Below, piece after piece: positions 60,938-64,000 of a DNA stretch of 64,000 nt. The translations under genes were made by a program, and so were the position numbers. This DNA comes from Camelus ferus. Lineage: Eukaryota. Location of the stretch: assembly GCF_009834535.1 (NCBI RefSeq), contig NC_045696.1, positions 57,166,001-57,230,000 on the forward strand. The letters are read 5' to 3'. Positions within the stretch are counted from its first letter, which is position 1. The number at the start of each line of letters is the position of its first letter. Under the pieces are notes generated by a model. It did no database searches. It was not told the origin of the DNA and was given only the letters and a program-made list of their open reading frames with translations.

Positions 60938-62787
60938 CTGGGAAAAAAAAAGAAAGCAAAAATGTTAATTCATCACCTAAGTGACTAGATCAGCATCATT
61001 AACCTAAACATAGATAGAATTTTTCCAGGAAAATCAGAGATGCTACTAAGCTATCCTTCAAGATCCAGTCTCCTGCACAGAACTCTCAAACCATCAATGA
61101 AGGGCATTAAAGTACTTTCATCTTTTCCACTTAAGCACTGGACTACTATCCGTGTCTATGCAGAGAGTAAAATGGGCAATCTTATGAATAGTCTGGATCA
61201 TAACAGACTGCATTTCTCCCAAAATGTTTCTGCTTCTACTCTTAGCAAGAACAAGGTAGCCAATCTTGCTAAGCTGACTACAAAAGGTTAATTCCCCAAA
61301 ATCATTTCCAGTATTCCTGGTCCCACTGTATGCAGGCTTGCACAAAGCCAAATATGAAGGTTTTATATTTCCCAATGTTCTCAGCAAAGAGTAAAGAGTA
61401 AGATTCCTGAAGTAAGAATCAGTATTCTTCTATCGGTTCACATTTCTCAAAAGAACAGTCATTCTAAATCAGTTTTCCCAGTATGTTTATTAGAATTATT
61501 AGTCTCAAAAATGCTCTATAAAAGGGTGGGTTTGAGAGACACTGTATCCTATGAATTTCAGCAATTATATATTATCTTTAGATATTTCTGATGCCTGTTA
61601 ATATACTACAGGCTCTGAATAAAACTGAACAAATATTTAACTTTGTTTTAACCAAAAATCCAAAATCATTGGACCATAAAACTCTTTATTATATATATTT
61701 ATTAACAACCTGAAAAGTAAGTGTCCATAGAACACACTGTGGGAATCCTAAATCATTAAGAAAAAATCCATAACAAAGATTTCCGCTTCCAGTACTATGA
61801 TTACTAGGACTACTACTAGGACTCTGTGCAACCCTGACCTGCCCTTCCCAGCTCCACATACACACATTCTTTGAGGTACTGCTGGTCTCAATTAGTGGGA
61901 GAAATCTCAAAGGACACATGTAACTACCATCTAAAGCAAACAAACAAGTGAGAGCTACTGGCCTCTAATAGTCAGAAGATACTGAGCAGTCACAGCCTGG
62001 CTTTCGAAGCCTAGAACCAGAGCAGAAATTCATGGGATGTGGGACCAGAGAAACGCAGAACTAGGGTCAGAATAAGAGTAGTCAGAGCAACACAAAATCA
62101 GAGTGACAGTGAGCCAGCCTGGATCCACAGAGAGCAGGAAGGAACAGGGTTGCAATGGGAATGGAGTCCTACTGCAAAAAGGTTGAGGGGATAACAGATC
62201 TTTGAAATAGCAATAGGAGGAGAAGCTGATTCTCACACTCCTGAACCAAAACTCTCAAGAAAAGCTAATGTAGCCCTTGGATGCACTGTAGTTTAATAAC
62301 TAGCAAAAGCCAGAGTAAAGAGGCTTCTAGAGGAAGGCTGCCCCCAAGTAAGGCCTGTAGGGCTCCAATGATCAAACCTTGTATGAACTTAAAAAGAGTA
62401 TGAAAAATACAAGACAGAAAAGACATAAGAATAGGACGCAGCAGAAACAACAAAAGACAGATTTAGAGCCCTAAGAATTACAGATATGGTATCATTACTC
62501 AGAACAGAGCACGACTATGCACAATTATGAGCAAATTATTTACAAAATCAAACAAGATGAATAGAAACAGGCAGAGCCGAATATTGGTGGTTGAGACTGT
62601 CTGGACTGCAAAAAGAAAAATATTCACCATCATTCACAGAAAGAACTTTGTTGATCCCCGCATTAGAAAATCAAAAGATAGGGTTTGCATAAAAATCATA
62701 AATTATCCACCTATGATAAAGAATGGCTAAATACATAACTATCCCCAGTCTATAACATCATAAAAATGTTAGGAACTGTGTTTTTAC

Positions 62788-63028
62788 CTTGAAGGTTTTC
62801 CTTCTTCAACAAAGAACTGAGTTGATTCATAGAGTTGAAGATAAGGATGGACTCTACAGATGCTCTGTATCGCCCAGAATGCTCAGTGCTGACATTTAGC
62901 CCCAGGCTTTGAGTTCCTTGGCCAGTCTCTATCTCTTCCAGGAGTGGAAGCTCATGAGGAAGAAAACGGGAAATTATGCTGTGAAGAGTTGGTTCCTTGG
63001 AATCTGGATCTAGTAACCAGCACGCCAC
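62788..63028 (-). CDS. POLQ: POLQ exon 19 equivalent (inactive exonuclease-like domain); the gene continues beyond the window
   Basis: ccattcag|GTG acceptor, AAG|gtaaaa donor; VACWLLDPDSKEPTLHSIISRFLPHELPLLEEIETGQGTQSLGLNVSTEHSGRYRASVESILIFNSMNQLSSLLKKENLQ. Confidence 0.96.
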
Positions 63029-64000
63029 CTGAATGGGATAACAATCAGAAATTCTCTTGATTTTTCAAAAAGACATTTCTGCACCCTTAAATTAAAAAGG
63101 CAAAAAAGAAAGCTCATTTCTAATCTCTCATTTTCACTTAATACTTTTTCAGTGGTCTTTCCAGAAGAGTAGAAGGAAAAGATAATTGTAACAGGACTCA
63201 TTTTTGATACCAATAAGAGCAATGGCCTTCAAAGAAGGAAAATTTATATGTTTCCATTACTCCAATGTTCCTGCTAATCTACTTCAGAAGTAGGCCTGAA
63301 ACCCAGGTGCCTCTCAACTAACAAAAATTATGTTTCTAAAAATGCAGCTGGACTCTTCTCCACTAAGGCTGATTTTGGCTTATCTACTACCTTAATAAAG
63401 ATGGGCCCATATAGTTTTAGGTTTAATTCTTTCAATGCTGCCTTTGAAAATCTTTGCCAAAAGAGCAAAAGAAGCTAAGAAGCTAGAAATCACCCTATTA
63501 TTGATTATATTGATTATAACAATTAGTATCATATCTAAACTCAAAATTAGTATTCCACACATCTCATGTATCTAGTACCAATGGAAGGAAAAAATGATAT
63601 CCCTTTGAGGGCTATGATACTGTAAATAAATGTCTTCTGAAAGCACATTGTACTGTTAATTGCTTATTACAATAACACACATCACCTTTTCCTTAATAAC
63701 TCAGAGTCATCATTATGAAGAGTGTATCATACTTTGCTATTATATAGAAAAGTTCTTAGGGGATAGTAAGAGTTTTTGTCCCTATGCTAAATAGCCTCTA
63801 ACTACTATCCTTTTTGATCTCTTATACCTATACACTTTAACTATTTTCCACCTCTAACCTCATGGGTATTTGAAATATCCTGCTATCATATATCTAAATC
63901 TGACAGTTCTTTCATTTCTAATTTACTGTAAGATAGGAAATTTAGAACTTATGATCAAAATGAATATCTTTTAAACATCTGAGGAAAGATGTAAACTTTA

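Noticed and set aside
1..64000. CRISPR array, operon or prokaryotic defence system
   Set aside because: The window is intron-exon mammalian DNA; there are no regularly spaced repeat-spacer units and no long intronless ORFs.

Overview
Mammalian (eukaryotic) genomic DNA, most likely camelid, judged from three tRNA-derived SINEs of Vic-1 type and no ruminant or primate SINEs that I could see. Two spliced genes converge tail-to-tail. On the + strand lie the last five coding exons of STXBP5L (tomosyn-2; 5110-12275, ending in the R-SNARE-like motif and ...KDKKWYQF*), followed by an inferred ~5.4-kb 3'UTR. On the - strand lie the last twelve coding exons of POLQ (DNA polymerase theta; 63028 down to 28405; human exons 19-30 by counting back from the terminal exon), covering the A-family polymerase domain with intact DYSQLELR and LHDE motifs. 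All 17 exons have canonical AG/GT boundaries and matching phases. The rest is intron and intergenic DNA rich in L1, L2, MIR, LTR and DNA-transposon remnants, including two deeply nested insertion stacks; most short ORFs in the track are spurious or L1 fragments. I found no convincing novel multi-gene system. The best leads are: (1) a candidate 20-nt frameshifting microexon in POLQ that would give an NMD-escaping isoform lacking the catalytic HDE motif; (2) a 3-kb TSD-flanked chimeric L1 retrocopy; (3) a Tigger1 DNA-transposon piece that appears to have moved by retrotransposition; (4) a fold-back/templated insertion scar in a POLQ intron. Repeat family names and human protein comparisons are from memory and need RepeatMasker/BLAST confirmation; repeat boundaries are approximate.
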